A DNA stretch of 62,879 nucleotides, counting the filler, from Thraustochytrium aureum (lineage: Eukaryota), in NCBI GenBank assembly GCA_012862495.1. It is 4 parts of 2 records of this genome, joined end to end, with 100 filler letters (N's around TTAATTAATTAA, not from the genome) between each part and the next. Parts side by side here need not be neighbours in the genome. Positions count along the whole stretch, not along the records: positions 1 to 29,574 come from BLSG01000114.1; 3 more parts are not named here. One strand, written 5' to 3'. This document shows positions 11,700-23,651 of this stretch, one piece after another. Within the stretch, counting starts at the first letter, position 1; every line of letters starts with the position of its first letter. The notes under the pieces were generated by a model. It worked only from the letters and a program-made list of their open reading frames with translations, was not told the DNA's origin and ran no database searches. The position numbers and the translations under genes were made by a program.

Positions 11700-13852
11700 G
11701 CTGTCCGACCAGAACGAAAACCCGTCTCTCGGCACGGGTGACACGCACGGCACTCCGCCGGCGCCGCCGGTGACTTTGGCCAGCAACGACGCGAGCGAGC
11801 TCGCACTGAGGCCGCCTTGTATCGGCCCCTCGCGCAGCCAAAGTATCCCTCCAGTCTTCCTCTCNNNNNNNNNNNNNNNNNNNNNNNNNNNNNNNNNNNN
11901 NNNNNNNNNNNNNNNNNNNNNNNNNNNNNNNNNNNNNNNNNNNNNNNNNNNNNNNNNNNNNNNNNNNNNNNNNNNNNNNNNNNNNNNNNNNNNNNNNNNN
12001 NNNNNNNNNNNNNNNNNNNNNNNNNNNNNNNNNNNNNNNNNNNNNNNNNNNNNNNNNNNNNNNNNNNNNNNNNNNNNNNNNNNNNNNNNNNNNNNNNNNN
12101 NNNNNNNNNNNNNNNNNNNNNNNNNNNNNNNNNNNNNNNNNNNNNNNNNNNNNNNNNNNNNNNNNNNNNNNNNNNNNNNNNNNNNNNNNNNNNNNNNNNN
12201 NNNNNNNNNNNNNNNNNNNNNNNNNNNNNNNNNNNNNNNNNNNNNNNNNNNNNNNNNNNNNNNNNNNNNNNNNNNNNNNNNNNNNNNNNNNNNNNNNNNN
12301 NNNNNNNNNNNNNNNNNNNNNNNNNNNNNNNNNNNNNNNNNNNNNNNNNNNNNNNNNNNNNNNNNNNNNNNNNNNNNNNNNNNNNNNNNNNNNNNNNNNN
12401 NNNNNNNNNNNNNNNNNNNNNNNNNNNNNNNNNNNNNNNNNNNNNNNNNNNNNNNNNNNNNNNNNNNNNNNNNNNNNNNNNNNNNNNNNNNNNNNNNNNN
12501 NNNNNNNNNNNNNNNNNNNNNNNNNNNNNNNNNNNNNNNNNNNNNNNNNNNNNNNNNNNNNNNNNNNNNNNNNNNNNNNNNNNNNNNNNNNNNNNNNNNN
12601 NNNNNNNNNNNNNNNNNNNNNNNNNNNNNNNNNNNNNNNNNNNNNNNNNNNNNNNNNNNNNNNNNNNNNNNNNNNNNNNNNNNNNNNNNNNNNNNNNNNN
12701 NNNNNNNNNNNNNNNNNNNNNNNNNNNNNNNNNNNNNNNNNNNNNNNNNNNNNNNNNNNNNNNNNNNNNNNNNNNNNNNNNNNNNNNNNNNNNNNNNNNN
12801 NNNNNNNNNNNAGGACCAGAGAGGGACGCGCCTTTGCGTGGTCCACGCCGTCTCCACGGTCCCCTCGCACACTGGCAAACTGCACGAGGAAAACACGTGC
12901 AACGCCCCTCACATCGTCGCGGGCGCCGTGGAATGAGAGCGCCGATCTCACCGCCGGAACGCCTCACACAGGACCGCCGTGCTGCCTGCCTGCCTGCCTG
13001 CTTGTGAGAGGCTGGCTGCCTGGCCACTGGGTCGGCTCCGCGCGTGTGGATTTTTCGACGCCAGGCGCGATCGTGCGAACAATAGAAGATCAGGCGGAGT
13101 GTTGTGCCTGGGGTTTATCTCGGGGCTGCGGTCTGGTATGGGTTGAATGGAGTTGGGGCTGGGAGTTGGATGCAATGCAAGGCCAGCCATCATGCCCAAT
13201 GGGGCTGCTGCATACACGAGTCCACTCTTGATCTGTGGGGGAGAATCAGACAGGGTTCTCCCTGCATTGCCCGTGACAACTTTTTTTTTCATCGAGAGAA
13301 CGAACGAAAGGCCTTCGCGTAGTGGAAGAACTATTCGCGAAGGATAGAACGACTCGTAGGTAGTGCGCAAAGAATGGAGGAACGATTCACTGTGAACGTG
13401 GTGTGTCTTTTTTTCTTGCGTCACGAGCACCGGTGCGACCTCAACGAGGTGGCGAGTTCCGGTTTGTACCAGGAAAGTACCGGAAGGAGCGAGGCAAGCG
13501 AGGCATGTTTACCTTGCTCATGCATGCTCATGTAGTAGCTAAGTCCTGCTCCTCTTGTCTTGTCAATTGAACTTCCTGGCGACGCTGCATCCTTGCAGCT
13601 CGCTCGCAGCCTCGCTGCTCGGGCAGCCGCCAAACCGGGAAAACCGGGGAAGAGCACTTGCAGTTTGCCTCCTGTCTTGGATCTGCCTGCACCCAGCGCC
13701 ATAACCGTTGCGCCAAGCAAGCTTCATTTCGTCGTTGATGCATGCATGCTGTGGGTTGGCAGTGGTTGCTTCTCTCCATGAACTGACCGCGTTGACTCAT
13801 CATGACTGCCTTGAACGGCAAACCCGCAGCCCGCCTGCCTGGAGTCGCCGCT

Positions 13853-16587
13853 TCATGATGGATGCGGCGGGGCGGCCGACGGCCTTCGCGGCATGCGCGG
13901 GGTTGCCTTTTCCACATTTTTCCATGCGCGTGGCGCCGCCACACGATCGGAGCTGGCACCAGCAACAAACTCTAGCTCTCTAGTAGAGCTACTCTCTAGA
14001 GCTAGAGCTCGACGCGCCGAAATGTCGCTTTCGAGTTGGTCGACCGTCGCCCACTCCACCCCGCCAGCGCTGCCGTCGATCGGGAGCGCCTCCTCTAGCA
14101 GAGCACGGACGTGGCACACCACAGGGTCGGCGCCTTCGTCTGGGGCGCTAATGAACCGCGTGATGCGGTGGCGGTCCATGTAGTGCACCAAAACCAGCTG
14201 GCTCGCAGCCTCATCAACGGCGGCGCGATAGCTGCTGCAGGTCGCAGCAACCTGCAGCAACGGCGAAGGCAGCGTGAACCGGTGAAGAAGGCCGTCAAAC
14301 GCGTACGAGACAAACCCCGATGAGAAGAGCTTGCGCTTGTTGCAGATCATCAGCTGCGCGCTGTCGGCTGCGTCGTAGATCACCGAGAATCGCGTCTGCT
14401 GGTACTGGATGCACTTGCGGACGACCCAGGGCAGACCGATGCGAGCGTAGAATCGCTGCAAACCCTTCAGCAGCTCGCTGTCGCGCTCCCAGGTGCCAAC
14501 GAACGAGGCGAGCAAACCAGTTGCTCGAGCACTTAGTACAGCGCGAGGAGAAGGCGCNNNNNNNNNNNNNNNNNNNNNNNNNNNNNNNNNNNNNNNNNNN
14601 NNNNNNNNNNNNNNNNNNNNNNNNNNNNNNNNNNNNNNNNNNNNNNNNNNNNNNNNNNNNNNNNNNNNNNNNNNNNNNNNNNNNNNNNNNNNNNNNNNNN
14701 NNNNNNNNNNNNNNNNNNNNNNNNNNNNNNNNNNNNNNNNNNNNNNNNNNNNNNNNNNNNNNNNNNNNNNNNNNNNNNNNNNNNNNNNNNNNNNNNNNNN
14801 NNNNNNNNNNNNNNNNNNNNNNNNNNNNNNNNNNNNNNNNNNNNNNNNNNNNNNNNNNNNNNNNNNNNNNNNNNNNNNNNNNNNNNNNNNNNNNNNNNNN
14901 NNNNNNNNNNNNNNNNNNNNNNNNNNNNNNNNNNNNNNGTCGCCTTATCGAGGGCTCGCGAACCGTGTTGCAGCATCGACTCAGTCTCGTCACTCTGTAG
15001 GGCCCACGTGTGCGGCCCCATGACGGCCTCCTCGCTCACGAGCTGCGAGTCCAGTGCGGCAACCTCTGCCAGGCAAGTGCCGTGCTGGGCCAAGACGCGC
15101 TCGAGCTTTGCGCAAAGCGCGCGCACCACGGGGCGCATTGGACAAACCGGGTCGATCTCCGTCTCCATCACACGCTCCACCGTGCACGTAAGCTCTCGTT
15201 CCTGGATAATGTATGCCGCGAGCTGCTGCAAGCCGCGCCGGGCTCGGCCCTCCAAAGAGTCACCCAGCGCAGGTTGCGCTGAGGTGGGCCCGTTGGCATC
15301 GTCGAGGCGCGTTGCGCCAGACTCCTCCGGGTCCAGCTCCAGTCCAGCGTCTACAACGGCAAGTGCCTGAAACGACGGGGAGAACGACTCTGCGCGGACG
15401 CGCAAAACACGGGCGATGACGCGGCGAAACATCCGGAGCTGGGCAGCGTCGCTGTCGCTGACGGAATCGTTCACCACCGCGAGCCCCAGAGCAAACTTAT
15501 GTCGCTTCCAAGTGCCTGTGGGGAAAGCTCCTTCCTGCTCCAGACTCGGCTGCGCCAAACCGCGCTCCCCAGTGTCGTCCTTTCGAGCGCCAACGGTGCC
15601 AACTCCGTCGACCACCCCGGCGTTTTCTTGAGTCGAGCCCTCTGACGCAAAGTGCTCGAGTCTGCGCTTCGACGCGGTGGAGGACATGGACAGTGAAGAT
15701 GCGGATGACAAGGTCGACTCGCGCCGCGCGGTCGGCTCGCCTGCGCCAATCTGAAGCCTTTCCACCCCAAGTGCGGCGTTCTGGCGGCGTCGGCACGTCA
15801 ACGTAAACGTCGGGCTCTCCAGGATCGAGCAACAAACCAGGTCACTTGTGGGATCCGCAGCGTCCGTGGCTACAAAAACATAGGCGCGCACACAGTGCTT
15901 GAGGTTCGACCGGTGCTTGTTGGCCACAAAGCCATAGTGCCAGCCACGCTTTTCGTGGTGGAACTGCAAAACGTCAATCGAACGGTCCGCCTCCTCGATT
16001 TGAAAGATGCGCTTTCCGCGAATCCACGGGTTGAACGGGTGCTCTGCGCTGCGCTCCATGCTAGCTGCCTTGTCCCTCGTTATTTTCTCGCCAACAACTG
16101 CCGGGCGGACGCCCCGACCCTGAAAGGCCGTGCCAATCTCGACCCAAGCGAAAAACGCGCACTCGCTGTTGCGCCCCCCCGTCGCCGCGGGAGCGACTTG
16201 CGAGTGCACTTGCTGCTGCGCGCGCGTTGATGTTGAGGAAAGCACAATCTCCATCGGCGCCCCGCAGAAACCACGCTCCTTGTGTTTGCCGTCTGTGCAG
16301 TGTGGAAAGCAACGCAAGTTCTTCAGGCCCCCGCGCTTGTTGTTCCGATGATAGTGCTGCGCCCACATGTCAACTCGCGAAAACTCCCCAGAAACCCGAG
16401 GCAGATTGGGGCTCCGAGCCCCGGCACAGCCGTCCGGGTTCTGCGAGGGCATCTTGTGCCTGCTGACAGGCTGCTGGCGCGCGAGAGCCAAGTTGCAGTC
16501 CTGTTGGTGGCGGCCGACTGCGGCGCTGGCCGCGCCTGCCGAGCCGGCGCAAGTAAACTTCGGCGACCTTACTGCTTCCTCAGCCAT
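13853..16587 (-). CDS. Putative transcription regulator: N-terminal Cys/His/basic domain plus C-terminal FABP/lipocalin-like domain (joined across gap 14558-14938)
   Basis: Upstream ORF has HYHRNNKRGGLKNLRCFPHC..HKERGFCG and WHYGFVANKH..HCVRAYVF..SPTFTLTCRRR, and is open into the gap. The downstream frame is open from the gap edge (APSPRAVLSARATGLLASFVGTWERD..LQRFYARIGLPWVVRK), matching the FABP-family start F-x-G-x-W..G-x-P-W. Confidence 0.6.
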
Positions 16588-19500
16588 GTCCCACGTGCTC
16601 GTATTCGCAGGGTTCGTGTGACCACTGGGGGGCAACCTGACGGAGGTTCAAATCGGTGCGAGAAGCCCGCCAGTGCCGTAAAGTACCCTCGCTGTTGAGC
16701 ATTCTGCACAGGTTCGGCTGGCGACTTTGGCATCGCCCTCAAGGCAAGCAAAGCCTCCTCGCCTGACTCTTGTGAAGGGGCGTTGCCAGGGGCGTTGCCA
16801 CCGTTGCCGCTCAACGCACAGTTGAAGGGCGAGTTCTTCATCTGAATGCAAACGACAGAGTCCGCGAGCCTCATGCCGGCTCCGCGCGCGCTGTGGACGG
16901 CGCTGCGCTGCGGATCTGTTTGATTTCTGCGCTGTGCTGCTCGGCGCACCGTTGCGGAGCTTGCAAGCGTCGATAGAGGCTTGGCCACAAGCTTTTAGAC
17001 CAGCTAGCGCCTGCGCGGTGTTGTGTCACTGCTCGCGCTTCGAGAGCGGCCGGTCGGCCGCTTGCCGTCCGTAGTCGTCTGGTCTGCTCTTTGGCTGCTC
17101 TTTCGGTCGGTTTGCGTCTGTACCGCAAGGCCGCAAACAGAGTGGGCCAAAGTGAGCCAGAGGGGCAGTCGTCCTTTTCAGGATATCGTCAGAAGCGTCC
17201 GCAACTTGAAGCCGCAGGCCCTTACTCCCTCGTTCGTTGTTGTGAGGCCTGTCGCGGCCAAGTCGCTTGTCGCCGAATGCGGACTGCTCTCTTCCTGTTC
17301 CTGAGGACTCTTGCTGTTTCGTTCTTTCTGCAAAGGTGCAGTCGTCGTCGCGACTCGTGCGCGAGAAGAGCTTGCAGTGGCTTGTGCCTTGTATGACCGT
17401 GGTGAGCGCGCGGATGTTTTTGTGGATTGCTGGCCTGCTCTACTTGGTCAGCACCGCGTGCTCGCCGAGAAGGCTCAATCGAACTTCAAGCCAAAGCAGA
17501 CAGGAAGGTTTGCGTCCGACAGGCTCTAGGCGCTTGCAGGGAGCTGCAGTGCTCACATAGGTTGCCTTTCCTTTTCCAAGCTGGGGCTCCTTCCAGCTGT
17601 GACTGTGGCCCGCCTGCGCGAGTGACGGAGCAGTACCAGACCCTGTCTGCTCTGCAAATGCAGAACAGATCTGAATTGAACCGAGCAGCACCGCTCGCCA
17701 CCTACGGGTTGGTAGCAACCTGTCTCGTGATTCCTCGGCCGTTCCAAGAGAGAGTTGAAATCCTTTGCTCAGCGACTTGCGCTGTATTGCTCGTGTCGAT
17801 TCGCCCGGTGCATGCGCTCCTCGCCAGCTGGGCGGTCTGGGCCTTGGTGTCGCATTGACCCTTCCTCTTCCCCGGGTATGCAGACCGTTGCGAGCCCTGA
17901 GAAACTCTCAGCTTGTCAAGAGTTGCAAAGCGCGCTAAGTTCCGTCCCGGCTTGAGACCTGTTCCTACAACTGCACGGAAGACAATGCCAAGGCGGCATT
18001 TCTTTCCGCGAGTTTGTCTCTCAAGCCAGTACTGGCGCAGCGCGTCGCCGGGAGGCTCGGAGCGGCTGGCTGGCTAGCTGGCTGGCTTGCATTGCCCTTT
18101 CGTGTCGTCCTGCCGAGCCAACAAATTGGAAGGCCGAAGACAGCCCTTTCCTCTCCCTCGTTCACCTTCTGCAGCTGGTGACGCAGAGTAGAGTAGAGTA
18201 CCTTCGGCAGCGGTGCTCTTGCATGCGCTTTCGGCGCCGGGAGGAAGCCCTGGGTGGGTGCCTTAGTTTCCTCCTGAGCAGCCTCGCGCCAGAAACGAGC
18301 TTCGGCGGCCGAGGCCGCTCCGCTCGAGTTCAGACCAGGACCTGGAAACGCCCCTCCGCTGGCTTGCTCGTTCGTTGCCAGTCTGAGTGGCAGAGCTGTG
18401 CACCCTGGTTGCACCGAAAGCAGCCCAGCCTGACTGCTCCGTCGCACACTTTGCGAAAACCTTTCGAGATACGCAGCACCACGAAGGCCCGGAGCGGCCT
18501 CTTCGATGGCGTGTGGCTCGAGATGGGGCCACGGGACGTGCTGGAATAATTGAGGTGTTGGCCCACCGCGGCGGTGGGTGGCCGCGTGGCAGGCAACTCA
18601 ACTCAGAGCTGGTCCTGGTCCATGGGCACTCGCAAAGCGATCAACACAAAGAGCGCAGAATCAGAATTCATTCAGACGGAATCGTAACGTGCGAGACCAT
18701 CTTGCAGCCCTGTTCTGCGATGTTGTGATGGGTAGTAGCAGAGGAAAGGAAAGGTCGACGACGACGGGAAAGAGCGGCAAGTACATGCTCTTGAGCTTTT
18801 GACTTGAAAAAGAATACTGCGCTTCCTCGTGGGACATCGATCGGTACGAGCCGAGTACTGTCTCGGGGAGCGCTGCGCGACCAGGGAGGCGGCGTGCGCA
18901 CGAAACCGCGCCCTACACTGCCGCACGAACGTGTGATGATGATGCGTGAGATCCCGAGCCCGGAGACTGCAGATTGTTCGTTCGTTTTGCGAGAGTCGAG
19001 AGCTCCCAGGCTCCTCGAACTACTCTAGCTGGAGAGACGACTCCCGATGCCGCGTGCTTGGTCAGCGTCGTCGTGTTTGACGTGCGGAGCGAAAGGTACG
19101 AAGCGATTTGGAGCGCGCGAGCGGCGGGACCTCGCGTTTCGCCTCGACGCCGGCTGCGCAATCGGTTTCATCTGTAGGTACGCAGAGCTTGTTCAACTCC
19201 GAGAGCCTTGGCTTGCGGCACGGTTTGTTGGAGTTCCAGAAAGTACTGCTTGCTGTTGCGCAGCGGCTCTAGCGAAACCGCCCTTGGCGCACGCCGCCTG
19301 GTGCAAGGTCGGCAGCTTGGGGCCAGCAGGGGGTCGCGCGCGTGACTAGCGGCCGCCGCACCGCAGCAACAACCCAGAGTGACGGCGCGTTTGGTTTCGT
19401 TAGAGATTGAAGGTACTTGCGGTCCCTCAAGCGAGGCGCCAAGTCTGGCTAACTAAGAGAGCCATGGGCGACGGTGGCCCGGGCGACCTTGCGCTTGCCC

Positions 19501-19643
19501 ATCTGGCGCAGGCCCGGCGCGCGCCACGCATTTCGCAGAGCCGGCGCGGATCCGCGGGCTCGCAAGCTGGACTGCTTGATTGCGGCGGAGAGGAGCTAGC
19601 TTGTCTTTGCTTGATTGCGCCGGAGAGAAGCAGCTCCGCTCCA

Positions 19644-19936
19644 CTAGCTTGTCTTTGCTTTATGTGTCACTGCTGGGCTGTACAGCCGACGCCAAACGCC
19701 CCAGCGAAACAAGGCCAGGCCGACAAAAAGCACAGCGGCAATTGCCACCGCCTCCCATGCTTCAAGCTCAAGCGCCGGGTCGCGGATTGCCCGAACATAC
19801 CACTGCTTCCACGACAGCGCCCTCCGCGAAAACGGGTTGGCGTGAGCGACGGCCGACGCTTGTACACCGCCGCCGTCACGCCGACGTCTTGCCACTCCGC
19901 GTCAAGGTCGCCGGTCGCCTCGTTCCAAAAAAATGC
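19644..19936 (-). CDS. Possible 3' fragment of a small membrane-protein gene whose start lies in the gap
   Basis: Protein-like text AFFWNEATGDLDAEWQDVGVTAAVY from the gap edge. An overlapping frame gives a C-terminal hydrophobic helix with basic tail (WEAVAIAAVLFVGLALFRWGVWRRLYSPAVTHKAKTS*). Needs one frameshift. Confidence 0.35.
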
Positions 19937-20450
19937 NNNNNNNNNNNNNNNNNNNNNNNNNNNNNNNNNNNNNNNNNNNNNNNNNNNNNNNNNNNNNNNN
20001 NNNNNNNNNNNNNNNNNNNNNNNNNNNNNNNNNNNNNNNNNNNNNNNNNNNNNNNNNNNNNNNNNNNNNNNNNNNNNNNNNNNNNNNNNNNNNNNNNNNN
20101 NNNNNNNNNNNNNNNNNNNNNNNNNNNNNNNNNNNNNNNNNNNNNNNNNNNNNNNNNNNNNNNNNNNNNNNNNNNNNNNNNNNNNNNNNNNNNNNNNNNN
20201 NNNNNNNNNNNNNNNNNNNNNNNNNNNNNNNNNNNNNNNNNNNNNNNNNNNNNNNNNNNNNNNNNNNNNNNNNNNNNNNNNNNNNNNNNNNNNNNNNNNN
20301 NNNNNNNNNNNNNNNNNNNNNNNNNNNNNNNNNNNNNNNNNNNNNNNNNNNNNNNNNNNNNNNNNNNNNNNNNNNNNNNNNNNNNNNNNNNNNNNNNNNN
20401 NNNNNNNAGTTCCGTCGCAAGGGCTGGGCGCCTCCTGCTCGCTTGGGCAG

Positions 20451-23400
20451 ATGAACGCGCACCGCCGGCAGGCCGAGCAAGAGCTGGAGGGAGTCAAGTT
20501 TCAAATCCGCGAAACCGAGACCCAGCTGGGCCACCTGCAAGACCAGCTCATGATGTTCATCAGCCAAAAGGACGAGCTTGAGCGCCGTCTGGCGCAGCTG
20601 AGCGAGCGCGCGGAAGGCCGCGTTCGCGCCGTGGACTGGGAGAGCGAGTCGTTCGACCACAGCGCCAAGGCCCGCGCTGCGCTCAAACAGTGGTTTGGGT
20701 TTGACGAATTCCGGTCGCTGCAGCTCTGCGCGGTCAACGCGACGCTGTCCGGCATGGACACGTTTGTGGTCATGCCGACTGGCAGCGGCAAGTCGCTCAT
20801 CTACCAGCTGCCAGCCATGGTCGAGGATGGCAAGCTCACAGTGGTAATCTCCCCCTTGCTCAGCCTGAGCCGCGATCAGGTCCTCGGTCTGAACCGGCGC
20901 AACATTCCTGCCGCCATGCTGAGCTCTGAGACACCTAAACACGAGGTTATGGAGGTCTTCAACGCCATTCGAAACGTCGCGATTCGCCTCCTCTACGTAA
21001 CGCCGGAGAAAATCGTCGGCAGCAAGCGCCTCCTCGGCGCCCTCGAGCGCCTCAACGACCATGGCCGCCTCGGCCGCTTTGTCATCGACGAGGCCCACTG
21101 CTGCTCCACAATGGGCCACGACTTTCGCCCAGACTACAACAAGCTCTTCCTCCTCAAGAACCGGTTCCCCGAGCTCCCGCTCTTGGCTGTCACGGCGACG
21201 GCGACCATCCTCGTGCAACGCCAGGTGCGCGAGGTCTTGCTGGGCCCCTCTGCCACGGACGACTCTTGGGTGGTCTTCCGCGCCACCTTCAACCGAACCA
21301 ACCTGACCTACGAGGTCGCCGAGAAGAGCGGGACGGAGAAGGAGCAGATCCAGCAGCTCGCCTCCACCGTGCTCGAGCGCTTCCCCAACCAATGCGGGAT
21401 CATCTATTGCTTCTCGCGCAAGGACTCGGAGACCACCGCCGAGGCGCTCTGCCAGCTCGGCGTTCGCGCGGCTGCCTACCACTCCGATGTTGACCCCGCG
21501 GACAAGGAGCGCGTGCACTTGGCCTGGAGCGCTTGGGACGCCACGCGCCCCCCTGCGACGCAGCGCGGCGTGCAGGTGATTTGCGCCACGTCGGCGTTTG
21601 GCATGGGGATCGACAAGCCCGACGTGCGCTTTGTCTTGCATCGAACGATGCCCAAGAACATGGAGGCCTACTGCCAAGAGTCGGGGCGCGCTGGCCGCGA
21701 CGGCGAGCCTGCAGCATGCATTCTCTTCTACAAGCGCTCGGACATCCTTCGCGTCTCCTCGTTTGCGTCGCGCCAGAAGAAGGGGCTCGACAAACTCATC
21801 GAAATCGTGCGCTACTGCGAGGCTGCCAACGAATGCCGCCGTTCGCTCATGGCCCGCGTCTTTGGCGAGTCTTTCGATCCAGCAACCCAGTGCCGCAACA
21901 TGTGCGACATTTGCGCAGCAGGTGGAGCAGGCGCCCAGAACCCGCCAGGGTTTTCGCCGGTCGACGCCACGGAGGAGGCGCGCTCCATCGCTCGGGCGCT
22001 CGAGCAGGTGTGCCGCCAACGCGGCAAGGAAGGCCGAATCACGATGAACCAACTCATCACGCAGTGGAGGGCAAACCACAAGTCTTGGTCTGTCGCACAG
22101 TGTGAGCAACTTTGCGCCAACCTCCTCGTGCACGGCGTGATGACGATTACTTGGCAGGACACTGCTTTTAGCACAAATGCGTATCTTGGCGTGGGGCCCG
22201 CGGCGCCGCTTCTCGCCCTCGGGAAGCGCTCCATCGTCCTGTACCAACGCGAAAAGCAGAGTCGGCGGTCGTCTGCGCAAGCCCCGATGTCGGCCACCTC
22301 CTCGTCGTCCGCCTCGGCAGGGCTGCCAGCGAGCGAGCAGGTGCCGCGTTCGACAAGCAGCCTCGCCCCAGTCGACCTCGTTGAGATCGACGACGACTCG
22401 GTTGACTCTGACCGCGCCGCAGACGAGGCGCCCAACGGTCGCGCTGGCGAGTCAGTAAGCGAGTCAGACGACGACGAGCTCTGGGCAGCGGGCGGCCCGG
22501 GGTCCGCCACTTTCGGCACGAGCCAGAAATGGCCTGCCGTGCAGCCGTCCTCGACGTTGCAAAGCCGTGGTGCGGCTGCGGGCCCGTCTGGCTCATTTCC
22601 AACGGGGCTAACGATCTCCTCCTCGCCGTCTGCCTCATCGTCCTCATCGTCTTTGCTGCACATGGGTGACTCGCAATCGGACTCTATCAATGACGGCGCG
22701 CGACGTGCCCACGCCGCTCGAGTCGCACCACTGCCCTCGAGCCGCCAAAGCGCGATATCGCTTGATCAAGAATCGCCGCTAGCTTCAATGCCCGTTCAAA
22801 CGCCGGCCAAGTCGCTTGCTGGGCTTTCTCCAAGCGCAGGCACGTTGCAGGAGCCCCGGGAGAGGCCGGACGCGCACATGCAGCAACCCAACTTCGACTT
22901 GGGCGACTCCGAGTCTTCTAACTCATCGTTCGAGACGGCCGCGTCTGCGCACTACGATAGCAGCCCTGCCCCGCAGGCGCAGACGGGAGCGGCGACCACT
23001 CGAGTAGAAGCGCAGACGGGAGCGGCGACCACTCAAGTAGAAGCGCAGACGGGAGCGGCGACCACTCAAGTAGAAGCGCGTGGGGCCGCTCCTGGTGGTG
23101 AGATTGTGCAAGGGTCCCGACTGCCTGTGGTAGACGATGCAGAAGGGCCGCGTTTCGACCTTGACGACGCCGACTCCGAGCCAGACACGGACACCGAGGC
23201 GTCTGTGGCTCTTCAACGCGCGTCCAGTCTGCACTCTTCTTCAAGTTCTCTTCAGCCGCGGAATGGATCGATCAGGACAGACAGCGCCAAACGCGACGTG
23301 CCGAGGTCTGGCCCGACGGCCGGAACCCGTCAACGCAGCCCAGAGCTTGCAGCGTCGGGCAAGAGAAGGTCCCGTCGGCGAGGTGATGGCGCGTCAAGCG

Positions 23401-23495
23401 AGAGCGAGCTCGAGCTCGCTTCGGACTCGGACTCGTCAGGGGAGGACGATTTTCTTGCGCGGCTCGACAAGGCGGTCTCTTCGAACTCCGGGTAG
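20451..23495 (+). CDS. RECQL: RecQ-family ATP-dependent DNA helicase, RECQL1-like
   Basis: N-terminal coiled coil; motifs FRSLQLCAVNA, MPTGSGKSLIYQLP, DEAHCCSTMGHDFRPDY, TATAT, GIIYCFSRKD, AFGMGIDKPDVRFV and QESGRAGRDG; RQC zinc motif CRR..CRNMCDIC; long disordered tail. The start may lie further upstream (CAG precedes the ATG, gap nearby). Confidence 0.95.
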   Translation: MNAHRRQAEQELEGVKFQIRETETQLGHLQDQLMMFISQKDELERRLAQLSERAEGRVRAVDWESESFDHSAKARAALKQWFGFDEFRSLQLCAVNATLSGMDTFVVMPTGSGKSLIYQLPAMVEDGKLTVVISPLLSLSRDQVLGLNRRNIPAAMLSSETPKHEVMEVFNAIRNVAIRLLYVTPEKIVGSKRLLGALERLNDHGRLGRFVIDEAHCCSTMGHDFRPDYNKLFLLKNRFPELPLLAVTATATILVQRQVREVLLGPSATDDSWVVFRATFNRTNLTYEVAEKSGTEKEQIQQLASTVLERFPNQCGIIYCFSRKDSETTAEALCQLGVRAAAYHSDVDPADKERVHLAWSAWDATRPPATQRGVQVICATSAFGMGIDKPDVRFVLHRTMPKNMEAYCQESGRAGRDGEPAACILFYKRSDILRVSSFASRQKKGLDKLIEIVRYCEAANECRRSLMARVFGESFDPATQCRNMCDICAAGGAGAQNPPGFSPVDATEEARSIARALEQVCRQRGKEGRITMNQLITQWRANHKSWSVAQCEQLCANLLVHGVMTITWQDTAFSTNAYLGVGPAAPLLALGKRSIVLYQREKQSRRSSAQAPMSATSSSSASAGLPASEQVPRSTSSLAPVDLVEIDDDSVDSDRAADEAPNGRAGESVSESDDDELWAAGGPGSATFGTSQKWPAVQPSSTLQSRGAAAGPSGSFPTGLTISSSPSASSSSSSLLHMGDSQSDSINDGARRAHAARVAPLPSSRQSAISLDQESPLASMPVQTPAKSLAGLSPSAGTLQEPRERPDAHMQQPNFDLGDSESSNSSFETAASAHYDSSPAPQAQTGAATTRVEAQTGAATTQVEAQTGAATTQVEARGAAPGGEIVQGSRLPVVDDAEGPRFDLDDADSEPDTDTEASVALQRASSLHSSSSSLQPRNGSIRTDSAKRDVPRSGPTAGTRQRSPELAASGKRRSRRRGDGASSESELELASDSDSSGEDDFLARLDKAVSSNSG
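22977..23078 (+). repeat. 33-bp coding tandem repeat x3 (AQTGAATT[R/Q]VE) in the RecQ tail
   Basis: gcgcagacgggagcggcgaccactc(g/a)agtagaa repeated three times. Confidence 0.9.
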
Positions 23496-23651
23496 TCCTT
23501 GAGCTACGAGCTCTACACTAGGGCAGCGAATCGTTGCCAGCTTTTGCTTCGCCAGAGGCAGATGACTTGCGCGGTCGGAGCAAACACAGCAGCGAGCCAA
23601 AATCCAATTTTAAAATTTCTCTCCTTCCAAGAGTGTGAAGGGTGCGCGCGC

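Noticed and set aside
19902..22280. Long antisense ORFs (here opposite RecQ; also 53876-55462, 1685-2539 and others)
   Set aside because: Shadow ORFs produced by high GC3 codon bias and N-runs; no recognisable motifs.
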